A DNA stretch of 64,000 nt. It comes from Eledone cirrhosa. Taxonomy: Eukaryota. The DNA is taken from contig OZ024740.1 in the NCBI GenBank assembly GCA_964016885.1, forward strand, positions 259,594,001-259,658,000, given 5' to 3'. Each line of letters begins with the position of its first letter. Within the stretch, counting starts at the first letter, position 1. This document shows positions 52,216 through 64,000 of the stretch, piece after piece. Both the position numbers and the translations under genes were made by a program. The notes under the pieces are model-generated. The model saw only the letters and a program-made list of their open reading frames with translations. It did no database searches and was not told where the DNA came from.

Positions 52216-52474
52216 ATAGTAATACAAGGGTGATTGGTTAAGCCTTCATTACATTTATTGGTTGGTGACGCGCGTTTCGCTATTGATCACCTCAAGGTAG
52301 GATCTGTATTGATCTGGCCCGACTCTGGCATCGAAAGCTCGTCAGACCTCTACAACAAATTCCAGAGTCGAGCCAGATCGATACAGATCAAACCTTGAGC
52401 TGATCAATAGCGAAATGCGCATCACCAACCAATAAACATAATGAAGGCTTAACCAATCGTCCTTGTATTATTAT
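52216..52474. repeat. Fold-back element: ~113-bp inverted arms, 33-bp spacer
   Basis: 52216-52328 is the reverse complement of 52362-52474 with a few mismatches. Confidence 0.9.
52264..52348 (-). ncRNA. Hammerhead ribozyme with long loop II
   Basis: Minus: GGT-CTGACGA-GCT...AGC-GAAAC-gcgc-GTC-ACC, then AATAAA. Confidence 0.75.
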
Positions 52475-52537
52475 TATATATATATATTAATGGTTTGTAA
52501 CTAATGATGATACTTTGACACCTCATTCCTATTCATT

Positions 52538-52601
<64 letters not shown>

Positions 52602-53479
52602 TGTGTGTATGTGAAGATATAATCAGCATGATGTATATAGGAGAGTTTTGCTATGAAACCAGGCTGTTTCATGACAGACTCAAGAGAGGGCACTGAAAGG
52701 TAAAGACTGGTGAGCAAGGAAAATGGGCAAAGAATACAAGTCAGTAGTTGTTTATTATAAAACTGTCAGCTTTAATTATTCCATAAATACTTAATTGAAA
52801 TAAAAAAAACATGAAAATTTAATTTGAAATGAATATTTTAAAATCAATTTTAAGGTCATTTCCCCTGCTAAAGCAGGAGTTAGTCATGAAGGGCCCCGTG
52901 ACAGATTTTGTACTCATCAGGGGGTCATTTGTGTTGCAATATTTTACAGTCAAATACCTTTTATGGGATCCACCCTTTTAGTTCCCTCTTACACATAGAA
53001 ACAGGGCTGCTGGTGAAATATATTCTCTAAAAATGGGATGTTTGTTCAAAAATAATTAAGAAATTCAGCACTAAATTGTGGAAAGCCTGTGGTTGGGAGA
53101 AAATTGTTAAAAGGGAGTGGATACAAATTATATTTTTGGTGATTATGAGTGGAGTGAGGATGGGTGATCCAACATGTGGTACATTTTAAAATATTTATAA
53201 TTTATTGAAACAAGATATATTTTTTCTTATAGTAAATCCACATGCAACAACAAAGGTTAGAGAACAAACATAACCAATTCAATACTACCCATTTCTCTTC
53301 TATTTCTCCCATTGAAAACATACAATTTTATATAGAGACATGTGCGGAAGATACACACTAGCTGCCTTGACACATTGCTACTAGCAGATATATGAATATT
53401 TAGAGAATATGGTGGTGGTGGTGGTTTAATAAAATTTCAGCATTTGTTTACATTTGTAGTAATATAATAATTTTTTACT

Positions 53480-53882
53480 CTTAGATAGGTACAAGGTCAG
53501 AAATTTGGTGGGATGGGTGGGAACAGTTGATTATATCAAGCCCAGTAAATTACTGGTACTTTATTTTATTGATTCCAAGCAGGATCTGAACAAAGAGTCA
53601 GACCAAATACTGCAAAACCATTTTTTCCCAACACTAATGATTATTCCAATCTAACACACTATAAAAATAATAATAATAGCAATGATGATATCTACTTTAG
53701 GTACAAGGCCAGCAGATGTGGGCAGAGAAAAGACAATTAAATTAACCCCAGTACTTGACTGGTACTTTATCTTATCAACCTCGGAAAGATGAAAGGCAAA
53801 GTTGATCTCGGGATTTGAATTCAGAACAAATACTGCTCATAATTTTTCTGATGTTTGATGACTCAACCAATCCACCACCCTC
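53480..53882 (-). mobile_element. Two decayed family 2 SINEs
   Basis: GGTACAAGG..CTGGTACTTTAT..GAAAGGCAAAG..GATTTGAA motifs. Confidence 0.65.
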
Positions 53883-53949
53883 TACTCTCCTATAATAATA
53901 AGAATAAAAATAATAATAATAATTATGATGGGATGATGATTGTACCGTA

Positions 53950-54273
53950 AGCCCCTTTCGATCATGAATGACCGTGGTTTTGCACTTGGAAAGTACCCAT
54001 CCAAGGCACAAGCCTGGGCAAGGTGTGTTTGTGGAAGACCAACAGTCGCATAGCAGTCTCCCCTCTCCACATCACCAATGTTGTCTAAGAGAAAGACAAA
54101 GGCTGATACAATTTGGCATCAATGACATGGCAACTTATTTCTATGGCTTATTGAACTGGAGCAATACGAAAAAGTGTTTTGCTCAAGAACAGAAAGCACC
54201 GACTGGTCTGGGATTCAAAGTCACAACCTTATGATTATGAGCTTGACGATCTAACCATTAAGCCCCATGCCTT
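53950..54273 (-). mobile_element. tRNA/CORE-like SINE
   Basis: Minus head AGGCATGGGGCTTAATGGTTAG..TTCTTGAGCAAAACACTT..TTGCTCCAGT, as at 1930-2056. Confidence 0.7.
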
Positions 54274-55324
54274 CATGGTGATGATGATAATGATAGTAAT
54301 AATAATAATAAAAAAATAATAAAAATAATATTGTTTTATTATATAGGAAAGCCTTAAACATGTACAAAGAAATGTCTTTCTGAAGAATACAAAGCAGTTC
54401 TTGGTGAGAATTTGAACTCAGAATCTTGTGCCAAGAATATTGTTAAGGTCTGAGTAGAAGAATATGAAGTAGTACATAGCAAAATAGAAGGAATTACAAA
54501 TATAGGAATAAGGGGAAGATCTTTAAAGATAAAATGAGAAAGGCCCTGTTGTAATGTGTGCGTGCTTGTAGAGGTGAGGGAGGTGGGTGGAAGATAGTAA
54601 AGGTGAATTTGAAGGAGCTGTGTAAGAAGTGAATACGGAACACACACACACACACACACAATAAAGTATGTACTTTTTCCTGAAGATTATATTCTTTATA
54701 TATGTGTACAAAATACTATGTTTCTCAAATAATATATGGCTCTTTCTCTCTCTTTATGCATATATCTTTTAATTTTAATTATTGATGCTCTGGACCAAGG
54801 TCCATTGAGCTTTTTTATTGAGAAACATAATCATCATACATATTATGTTATGATACCTTAAAGTAGTATATATAAAATTCAAGAATAAATGAGACAAACA
54901 CTATATCTGTATATACATATATATAGTTTAATGGTTTGTAACTTTGTTACAATTGCTTCATCATCGACTTGAGCATTCGATGCATAGGTGGGTCCGGTTA
55001 AATATAGTATGTGGTATTGTACATTTGGTGTTATACTATAGTCAGCCACATTCATAAGCAGAGTGTTAATCTATATTATAATAAGAGCATTGTCTGTCCA
55101 TCCGTCCGTCACGTTCACTTTATATAGAGAGGGGGAGTGCTAAGTGAGAGATATGAGGATAGAGAGAGAAAAGGGAATGCTGTATGTTTCAGAGGTGACA
55201 GAAAGAAGTAGATAGACAGAAAGTTACATCGCCCTCATCTATATACAGAGAGAGAAAAGGAACCCCATTTGTTTAGAGAGAGAGTGTGACAGAAAGAGGG
55301 AGTAGCAGATGTCACCTTCACCTA

Positions 55325-55520
55325 GTAATAATTGTTTCTACTTTTGGCACAAGGCCAGCAATTATCCAAGTGCATTACTGGCACTTTATTTTATCGACCC
55401 CGTCAGTATGAAAGGCAAAGTTAACCTCGGCGGGATTTGAACTCAGATTGTAAAGGCCCGTAACTCCATGCTGCATAGCATGGCGTCCGACCCTCTAACG
55501 ATACTGCCAATCCACCACCT
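55325..55520 (-). mobile_element. Family 2 SINE
   Basis: Matches the reverse complement of 43338-43522. Confidence 0.8.
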
Positions 55521-55745
55521 TAGTAGGAACAAGGTGTCAAAGTATCATCATTAAGTTAATTGATAAAGTTAATGATGACACTTCGTTCCTACTTATATAT
55601 ATATATATATATATATATAGGAGGTGAGTTTTATTGTAGCAATAAAACTAAAGCAATGCAAATATCGGGTAAGTAGCACTCAACAGTTTATAGGACTGGA
55701 GTATAAATAATATAAAATCAAAAGATGGTTAAAAGAGTTCCATGT

Positions 55746-55814
55746 ATTTTATTATGCGCATTTCAAAAACAAATATCATCATGGGATGATATTTGCGTTC
55801 TCATCAGATATAAT
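55746..55814 (-). ncRNA. Hammerhead ribozyme (left arm)
   Basis: Reverse-complement copy of 55922-55990 with one stem I mismatch. Confidence 0.75.
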
Positions 55815-55921
55815 AGGGAGACATGATATGAAGCTTAAAAAACACTTGCGAGCAGTGTAGTGTTAAATCAACATATGTTGATTTAACACTTAACACTTTA
55901 AGCTTCATATCATGTCTCCCT

Positions 55922-55990
55922 ATTTTATCTGATGAGAACGCAAATATCATCCCATGATGATATTTGTTTTTGAAATGCGCATAATAAAAT
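55922..55990 (+). ncRNA. Hammerhead ribozyme (right arm)
   Basis: ATTTTAT-CTGATGA-gaacg CAAATATCATC ccat GATGATATTTG ttttt-GAAAT-gcgc-ATA-ATAAAAT. Confidence 0.85.
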
Positions 55991-56340
55991 ACATGGAACT
56001 CTTTTAACCATCTTTTGATTTTATATTATATATATATATTATATATATATATATAACATTATAAGTGTGAAGAACAAGCAGACAATATACATATATATAT
56101 ATATCTTTGACAGTGTATAGAATAATATATTAATAAAGTATAATTGTCAGAGAAAGTAATAGAAAAAAAAATGAAAATAGTTGTAGATAATTTGACTGAA
56201 ATCTTAAGTCTTGTAAAGGATGGAAATAATAGAGTTGAATTATATACAATCTTTTATCATTGCTTTTTTAAAATTCAAGTAATAAACATTGTATTATTAC
56301 TTCTTTTGAGAAATATACATTATATATATATATATATATA

Positions 56341-56474
56341 TATATTATTAGTACAGATTAAAGTTTAAGCAATGAATTTCTACTTTCACCCTAATTTCAC
56401 TGAGTTTCAGATGATCCCATTTAGGGTGAAAGCAAACATTCATTGCTTGAAATTTAATCTGTACTAATAATATA
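56341..56474. repeat. Fold-back element, ~54-bp arms, with hammerhead relic
   Basis: TATATTATTAGTACAGATTAAA..TTTCACCCTAA vs TTAGGGTGAAA..TTTAATCTGTACTAATAATATA; CAGATGA-tCCC attta GGGt-GAAA. Confidence 0.8.
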
Positions 56475-56527
56475 AATTTGCTCTTTGGGTTTATGTATAC
56501 TTTATATATATATATATATAAAACTAT

Positions 56528-58520
56528 GTTTTGAAGCATGAAGACCACAAACAGGAGGTGTTCAAGATTGTGAAACAGTGTGTTAGGGAAAATTGTGAGA
56601 GGTGTGTCTATGATGATAAAGGTGCAATTGCCATCACAGACACTAAAAAGAAAGTAGCATGGGTGAGCCATTATGAAAGATTACTTAATGAGGAAAATGC
56701 ATGTGAGAAAGAGAGCCTACCCCAAGTGAACCCACAAGAGGGCCCAGCTGTATAAGTCAGAAGCAGTGTAGTAAGTAAGGCAATTAAGGACATGAAGACC
56801 GGGAAAGCAGCCAGTCCTTCAGGGATAATTACCAAGATGCTGAAAGCATCTGGATTGGTGGGTTACTCCTTAACCACACATAATGTAAACTGAGTAATAT
56901 TAAATGGTGTTATACCAAATAATTGGTGCAACAACATCATTGTCAACTTCTACAAGGGTAAAGGAGATGCACTAGATAGAGGAAACTATCCAGGTCATGA
57001 AAATAACAGAAAGAGTTATAGCACAGCTGATTAAGGACAAGGTCAATCTAGATGATTTGTGCAGGAGAAGTAGCTAGCTAAAAGTAAGCTGCCCTACTTG
57101 GCATTTGTTGATCTGGTAGGCTTTTAGAAAACTAGAAGTAGATGAGTGGCTTGTGAAGGATGTACAAGCCATGTATAAGGGAGCAGTCAGCAAAGTTAGG
57201 ATTAACAATGACTGTAGCAAGGAATTTAACGTGCAGGTTGGCGTCCACCAGGGCTCTGTTCTTAGCCCCCTCCTGTTTATTATCATTCTGCAGGCTATAA
57301 CAGAGGAGTTTAAGATTGGGAACTCCTATATGCAGGTTTCACACTCGTAGCCGAATCTATGGCAGAATTAGAGAAGAAATTCACAACCTGGAAGCATGGC
57401 CTAGAAACAAAGGGTCTTAAAGTCAACTTGACAAAGACTAAGGTCCTAGTAAGTAGAAGGAAAAACAGATCCACGATTCCTTTGGGAAAAAAGGCCTTGC
57501 TCAGTATGTAGAAAAGGTGTAGGTAGAAATTCCATCCTCTGTCCCAAATGCAAACTATGGGTACACAAGAGATGTAATAGGATCTCAGGTAGTTTAGCTA
57601 AGAATGTAGGTTTTACAGTTATTGCACTGGAGCGGTAAGTACTAAACGACCACAGGAAACAAGCGCTATCAAATTTTGGGAAGGTTCGATAGAAGCAGTA
57701 GACTGCTTCTGCTACCTAGGAGACCAAATCAGCAGTGGAGGTGGGTGTTCTGAAAGAACAGTAGGCAGAGTGAGGACGAGATGGAAGAAGTTCGGGGAGC
57801 TACTACAATTGCTAGCTACAAAAGGCTTTTCCCTCAAAATGAAAGGCAAACTGTATGACATGTATATGAACAGCAATGTTGCATGGTAGTGAGGCCTGGC
57901 CATTGTGTGCAGAGAACTTATGGAGATTGGAAAGAAATGAAGCTTGCATGCTTTGATGGATGATATACGTGAACAGCAAAACATGAACAAACTGAGAGAA
58001 ACTAGGTGTAAGATGAATTAGATGTAATGTGTAGGAGAGGAGCTTGCATTGGTATGGAGATGTGATGTGTATGAAGGATGGCAGCTGTATAAGATGCAGG
58101 GCACTCAAAGTTGATGGAAGCCATAGAGTAAGAACCCAGAAAGACTTGGGATGAGGTGATAAAAGCTGATCTTGCACAATTGCACCTCTCAAAGGCAGGA
58201 GCTGGGGTCTTTGGTGTTATGCAGTACCACAGAAGGCCCACCTTCCCATGAAAACAGGCTGAAGCATACATATAGTATTCAACATCATCCCATACACCTC
58301 TCATGTGCACAGGCTAAAGTATACATCTGGTATGCACCACTTTTACCTTCATCTCCCCTCCCACATCCTAACACTCCACCCCTCACACATGCCTCCCTCT
58401 AGAGCTATCAGCAGCCCACACGTAAAGTGGCCGTGTAGGTATCATGACAAAAATCACAAAGTATTCACTGTAAATGTGGTTGGCGTTAAGAAAGGCATTC
58501 AGCCGTAGACACCAAGCCAA
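56528..58520 (+). mobile_element. Decayed RTE LINE (same family as 34579-37830)
   Basis: EVFKIVKQCVREN, VGVHQGSVLSPLLF, and a 3' UTR with GTGGCCGTGTAGG..TGTAAATGTGGTTGG. Confidence 0.85.
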
Positions 58521-58580
58521 CATCGGTTCTGTATCGGCCTGTAAATTTGGCTGGCAATTACATAATATATATATATATAT

Positions 58581-58797
58581 ATCATCATCATCATTTCATT
58601 TTACGTCCGCTTTTCCCTGCTTGCAAGGGTGGGATGGGAACTGATTCTGGCTTGATTTCTACAGCTGGATGCCCTTCCTAACACCAACCTCATTTACAGT
58701 GAGTGCTGGGTGCTTTTTTTTCCGTGGCACCTCCACGACCACTTTACAGTGGAATGATAGGGACCTCAGTCCCAATCATCTCATTTCTACAGCTGAG
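58581..58797 (-). mobile_element. 5'-truncated copy of the SINE at 1708-2056
   Basis: Near-identical to 1720-1931. Confidence 0.85.
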
Positions 58798-59683
58798 ATA
58801 TATATATATATATATATATAAACATATAATTTATACATATATATAAATCATGATTTCTTACGAATGAAACAGTTCTGTTGAAATAATATAATAAAATAAA
58901 TATACCTATAGTCTACTAACATATTGAATTCCTTTTTAACAGTGGCCCCCTTCTTCTTTACATTGGGATCGCACATATATACATATATAAACACACACAC
59001 ACGCACAGATATACATTGAGAGAGATCAGCTAGGCATGTGTTTTGTGTATACTAATATACATACATTAGACTACTCAGTCACATACACTTAATTCCTCTG
59101 CTTTCCCTATATATGTGCATATTCTCTATATTTATATACGTATTTACATATATTCATAGCTGATCTCTTGGACATTTACAAAACATTTTGTAAAGTCTGT
59201 GAGATTGGCTACATATATATGATGATTGTTTACATTTAAAATCTGTTATTCAGCTACCTAATTCAAGACAGTAAGAGTTGTCATTGTCCCTTGGCAAATG
59301 GTTCAAAGTGCCTAGCCGGTATCTGGGAGATATGGAGTTCTCTTTTGCCTACCAACTTCTTTTTCCATCTCTAAGGCTCATCATCCTATTTTATAAACTA
59401 TTCTATAGCATCTCTGTGTATGAGCACAGCATTCTTTATATTAGATACATTTTGTTAATTCCTTTTCTTTGTTAAAATGTTAAACTTCTTAGAATTCTTT
59501 GATTTTTATCTACCTTAACATGTTCTATTTGGATACTGTTGTCCTACAAACATATCATTTATGAGTTTACTCTGAGACAAGTATTTTTTGCCTCTGTTAT
59601 CATTGAGTAGCTCTGCACACAACAAGGTCGAAATAATTGCAAAGGCTTCTATGTATTTAGCATTGCATCAATCTAAATCCCTA

Positions 59684-59744
<61 letters not shown>

Positions 59745-60499
59745 AAATAATGAATTCAGAAGGAATACCAAGGTTGTTACTCTGTTAAAACCATGATTTG
59801 ACCTGAATAATGCACTGAACTTAATGCACCTTATTAAAATATTAGTGGACTTTACTATTTTATATATACACACAGACAGTCGTACAAACATGCACAAGTA
59901 ATGTATTAGTATATATAAAATATAATTCCACCTATTGAAATTTACGTATGCTTATATCTATGTGTGTGCATGTGGTGTAGAGTGCATAGATAGCTTGTGA
60001 GGTATATAAGACTGATCTGGATAGGTGAGACTGGTGACAGGTGGTGATACTGGTGAGGTGGAGTTGGGGGGGGGGAGCTGAAGTGTGTTAGGTTGTTGTT
60101 GCTGGTCATCATTGTTGTAGTGGTCATAGTGAAAGTGGTGGTCTCTGGGTGTTTATTACCCTAGGTTAGCTCAACAATGAGCACCCAATTCTCTCAAACA
60201 AAAACCTAGTTTTTGGCACTTCTTGATGTGAACACACTCAGAAAATAACTAAGCCTGCATTTTCTATTGCACAGTCCACACTCACTCACATAACACCATA
60301 TGACCCTCTCTTTAGATATTTCCACAATGATGCTACATGGTAAAAATGTTTAGTGATTTATTTATTGATCACAAGAAAATTATATAATTTAATTACATAA
60401 ATTTGTGTAAAAACTGATTCTTTAAAGTTCAATAGTGCACCCTTCTCAGGTCTGCACCCTATGTAGCTGCCTAGTTGCCCTAATGTCAGCGATAGTTCA

Positions 60500-60712
60500 A
60501 GTTGTGATGGTGATGGTATATGTAGTAGTAGTGGTGGTTATAGTGTAGTACTGGTGGTCGTTATGGTAGTAGTGGTGGTGGCTGTTGTGGTAGTGGTGAT
60601 TGTTGTAGTGTTGGTGGTAGTGGTAGTAGTAGTGGTGGTGGTTGTTGTTGTAGTAGTGGTGATGGTAGTAATATTAGTAGTAGTAGTGGTGGTGGTGGTG
60701 GTGGTGGTGGTC
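60500..60712. repeat. (GTN)n trinucleotide repeat
   Basis: Directly visible. Confidence 0.9.
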
Positions 60713-61509
60713 GTATACACATTGATATTTTGCTGATAGTATGTTAACATGGAATGGAGGAAGAGAGAAGGTGCCTTAGAGAGAGACATTGACCAAACTA
60801 TGGGAGGTAAGGAGTAGGGATGTGTGAGAAGAGGATAGTGGGTTAAATGGTACATCTATAATCTATAATCAATAAATATTGAAAAGGCAGATAAACATGA
60901 GGTGAAATTTTATAAATTTTCACATAAAAATAAATACACATTACTTTTACTGTTATTTAGTGTATGAATGTGTGTGTACGTATGTAGGTAGGCGAGCATG
61001 TATGTCTATTATGAATATGTGTATATGCCTATGTGTGTGACTGGATATGTATGTCTGTATGTGTGTGCGATTGTGGCTGCCGATGTATCTATCTATCTAT
61101 GTAAGTATGTATCTATGTATGTATATATATATATCTATGTATGTATGTATATATATATATATATGTATGTATATATATATCAATGTATATATATATATAT
61201 ATGTATGTATATATATATATATATATGTATGTGTATGAATGTATATATATATATATTTGTATGAATGTATATATATATGCATGTATGTATGTAAGAATAG
61301 AATATTTTTTTATTTTAAGAAATATAAGTAATTTAAAAAATATATTTACTTTTACTTTTTCAAGTTTAAGTGAAGGAAGAAAAATATCACACACACATAT
61401 ATATATACTCCCATACACATATATATATATAAACATACACGTATACTGTATACATACACACACATATATATATATATATATATACATACACACACACACT
61501 TGGATATAT

Positions 61510-61812
61510 GACCTCCGTTAGTCCCACCAATGTATTTTCTGGTTGTTTGATCAATGGGACAGCTTGCTTGAGAAATTGATATGCAAGTGGCTGAGCATTT
61601 CACAGACACATGTAACTTTAATATAGTCATTAGGGAAATTCAGTATAACTGTAACAAAGCTGGCTCTTTGAATCACACGTACAAGTTTTTTCCAGCTAAG
61701 TCAACTGAAGCAATGTGAAATAAAATGTCTTGCTGAAGGACACAACACACCATCCAGATTTGAAATTATTACTTTATAACCGTGAACTGAATACCTTAAA
61801 CTTTAAACCACA
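61510..61812 (-). mobile_element. Decayed tRNA/CORE-like SINE
   Basis: GCAATGTGAAATAAAATGTCTTGCTGAAGGACACAACACA matches 1941-1980. Confidence 0.65.
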
Positions 61813-62952
61813 CACACACATACATTATATATATATGCATATATATACACATACATATATACACACACACACACACATATATATATGTGCTATAAAATAA
61901 TAATCCTGGTGCCATTATAAATAGCACCCAACCCACACTATCAGCTGCTTGTGGCAGTGCCATGATAAAGTGCACTTGTTACATACTGTGAAGGGGTTGT
62001 TAAGAAGTGCATCCAGCTATAGAAACCATGCCAGAATGGAACACATCAGCAAGACGCAGTCATCTGACCTATTTGGCTTAGCTTTTATGGTTGGATGCTC
62101 TTCCTTATGCCAAGCATTTTATAGTATGTACTGGAGGCATTTTTTGTGACACCAGCACAACCAATCTTACAAGGGTAGAACAACAACCTTATTTTTTTTT
62201 TATTGATGTAGAGACAGAATAGCTTACTGGATAATATGTATGTGTGTGTGTCTGTATACACACACATATCATCATAAGAATAATGAATGTATTTGAGTGT
62301 ACATGTGTATGTATAAGTTGTGTTCATTAGTTGAATTGTACCAAAGAATAGACAGACAGAAAGATAGACAGGTATGTATGTTATCAATACAAATTAAGTA
62401 AGAATACATCTACAGAATTGAGTGAGGACACAAAATTATGGTCATTTACACAAGCTCAAAGCTTGTTGTCTTTACAAGAAAAAGAGTGAGATGAAATGAC
62501 AGAGGAATTTGTGACAATCATGCCCTTCACCAGAAATAAAGTGAAAATATAATGATTGAGTTTTAATTCTCTAGTCAGGAAAAACTGCTTTGTATTCTTG
62601 AATTCCAAGGAACTCATCTCTCTTTCTAGAGGACAACTTGTCATATTTTTATTAATTTTTTTTTTTACCAAATAATGGAAATAGCCTCCACAGTGCTATC
62701 ATTAAAATTCCAAGATGGATGGCGGTACACACACCAAAGTATTACTAGAAGTAATATAATATGTAATACCACTTAATACCATTGGCCACTGTGATGTTAC
62801 CCCGTACAAAGATTGAGTCTTAAAAACAATTACATTTTTCAGAATATTAAATTATTTTTTCAAAGCATGTGGAAGGAAAAAAAAAAATATATATATATAT
62901 ACACACACACATTCATATACATATATATATACAAATATATATATAGATATAC

Positions 62953-63002
<50 letters not shown>

Positions 63003-63158
63003 ATACATTTGCATATATATATGCATATATACATATACATATATATATACTTAAACATATAGACATATATATATACACATATACAAATATATATACATAT
63101 ATATATACATTGTCTAACCCATGCTAGCGTGGAAGATGGACGTTAAACGAAGATGATG

Positions 63159-63212
<54 letters not shown>

Positions 63213-63289
63213 CTGAGGAAGAGTGGTAAGGAACGAGATGGACCATAACGCACCAGAGTACTCAATACTTACGGAAGTAGAGCGGGTAA

Positions 63290-63371
63290 TAGGAAAATGT
63301 TTAACCCCGACAGCAGAGTTCAGGCAGTCGAAATGGCTGGGGCTCTGCCATCAGGGTCAAACATTTTCCTA
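63290..63371. repeat. Imperfect fold-back (~34-bp arms) between microsatellites
   Basis: TAGGAAAATGTTTAACCCCGACAGCAGAG vs the reverse complement of CTCTGCCATCAGGGTCAAACATTTTCCTA. Confidence 0.8.
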
Positions 63372-63373
63372 CG

Positions 63374-63463
<90 letters not shown>

Positions 63464-63702
63464 TATATATATATACACACACATATACATATACACACAC
63501 ATATATACACACAGACATATATATATACACACATATATTGTATACACACATCTATATATATATACACACATAGATATATATATACACACACATATATATA
63601 CACATGTATATATATATATATACATATGTATACACACACACACATATATATATATACACATATATATATATACACACACATGTATATATACACACACACA
63701 TA

Positions 63703-63746
<44 letters not shown>

Positions 63747-63837
63747 TATATACATATTTATATATAGATATATATATATATACACATATATATATATACA
63801 TATCCACACATATATATATATATATATATATACATAT

Positions 63838-63879
<42 letters not shown>

Positions 63880-64000
63880 TTATATATAGATATATATACA
63901 TATAGACATATATATATACACATATATATATATACATATTTATATATAGATATATATACAAATACACACATATATATATATATATACACATACACACACA
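63372..64000. repeat. (TA)n/(CA)n microsatellite tract (similar tracts at 60960-61500 and 62885-63210)
   Basis: Directly visible. Confidence 0.95.

Larger units (their letters stand above)
55707..56029. repeat. Fold-back element: ~133-bp near-perfect inverted arms around a perfect 32-bp palindrome
   Basis: 55707-55839 vs 55897-56029; centre AGTGTTAAATCAACATATGTTGATTTAACACT at 55859-55890. Confidence 0.95.

Noticed and set aside
52900-52930. CTGATGAG on the minus strand
   Set aside because: No matching stem II or GAAA follows.
54940-54985. Minus GAAGCAATTGTAAC resembling a hammerhead 3' half
   Set aside because: GAAA is mutated and there is no 5' core.
58800-62800. Host gene exons
   Set aside because: No ORF with recognisable protein features; tiny exons cannot be excluded without RNA data.

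Overview
Eukaryotic, AT-rich animal DNA made almost entirely of transposable elements and (TA)n/(CA)n microsatellites. No host gene is supported. The SINE/RTE/microsatellite landscape looks cephalopod (Octopus-like), which is an inference. From left to right: a hAT remnant; a tandem of two Penelope-like elements (RT + C-terminal GIY-YIG, Naiad-like), each preceded by a variant hammerhead ribozyme; RTE LINEs; a nest of Ty3/Gypsy (CsRn1-like) LTR elements, including a gag-only derivative and a young pol-only derivative with identical LTRs and a 23-bp target duplication; a Merlin/IS1595 transposon; two more decayed PLEs; Tx1/L1, CRE-like and CR1-like fragments; and many tRNA-derived SINEs. The most notable unexplained layer is a set of short non-coding fold-back (palindromic) elements next to (TA)n. 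Several carry minimal hammerheads, two share a conserved loop-II insert, and four ends share a TYGAGTRCT motif near the 3' junction. All alignments and folds were done by eye, so boundaries of decayed elements are approximate.
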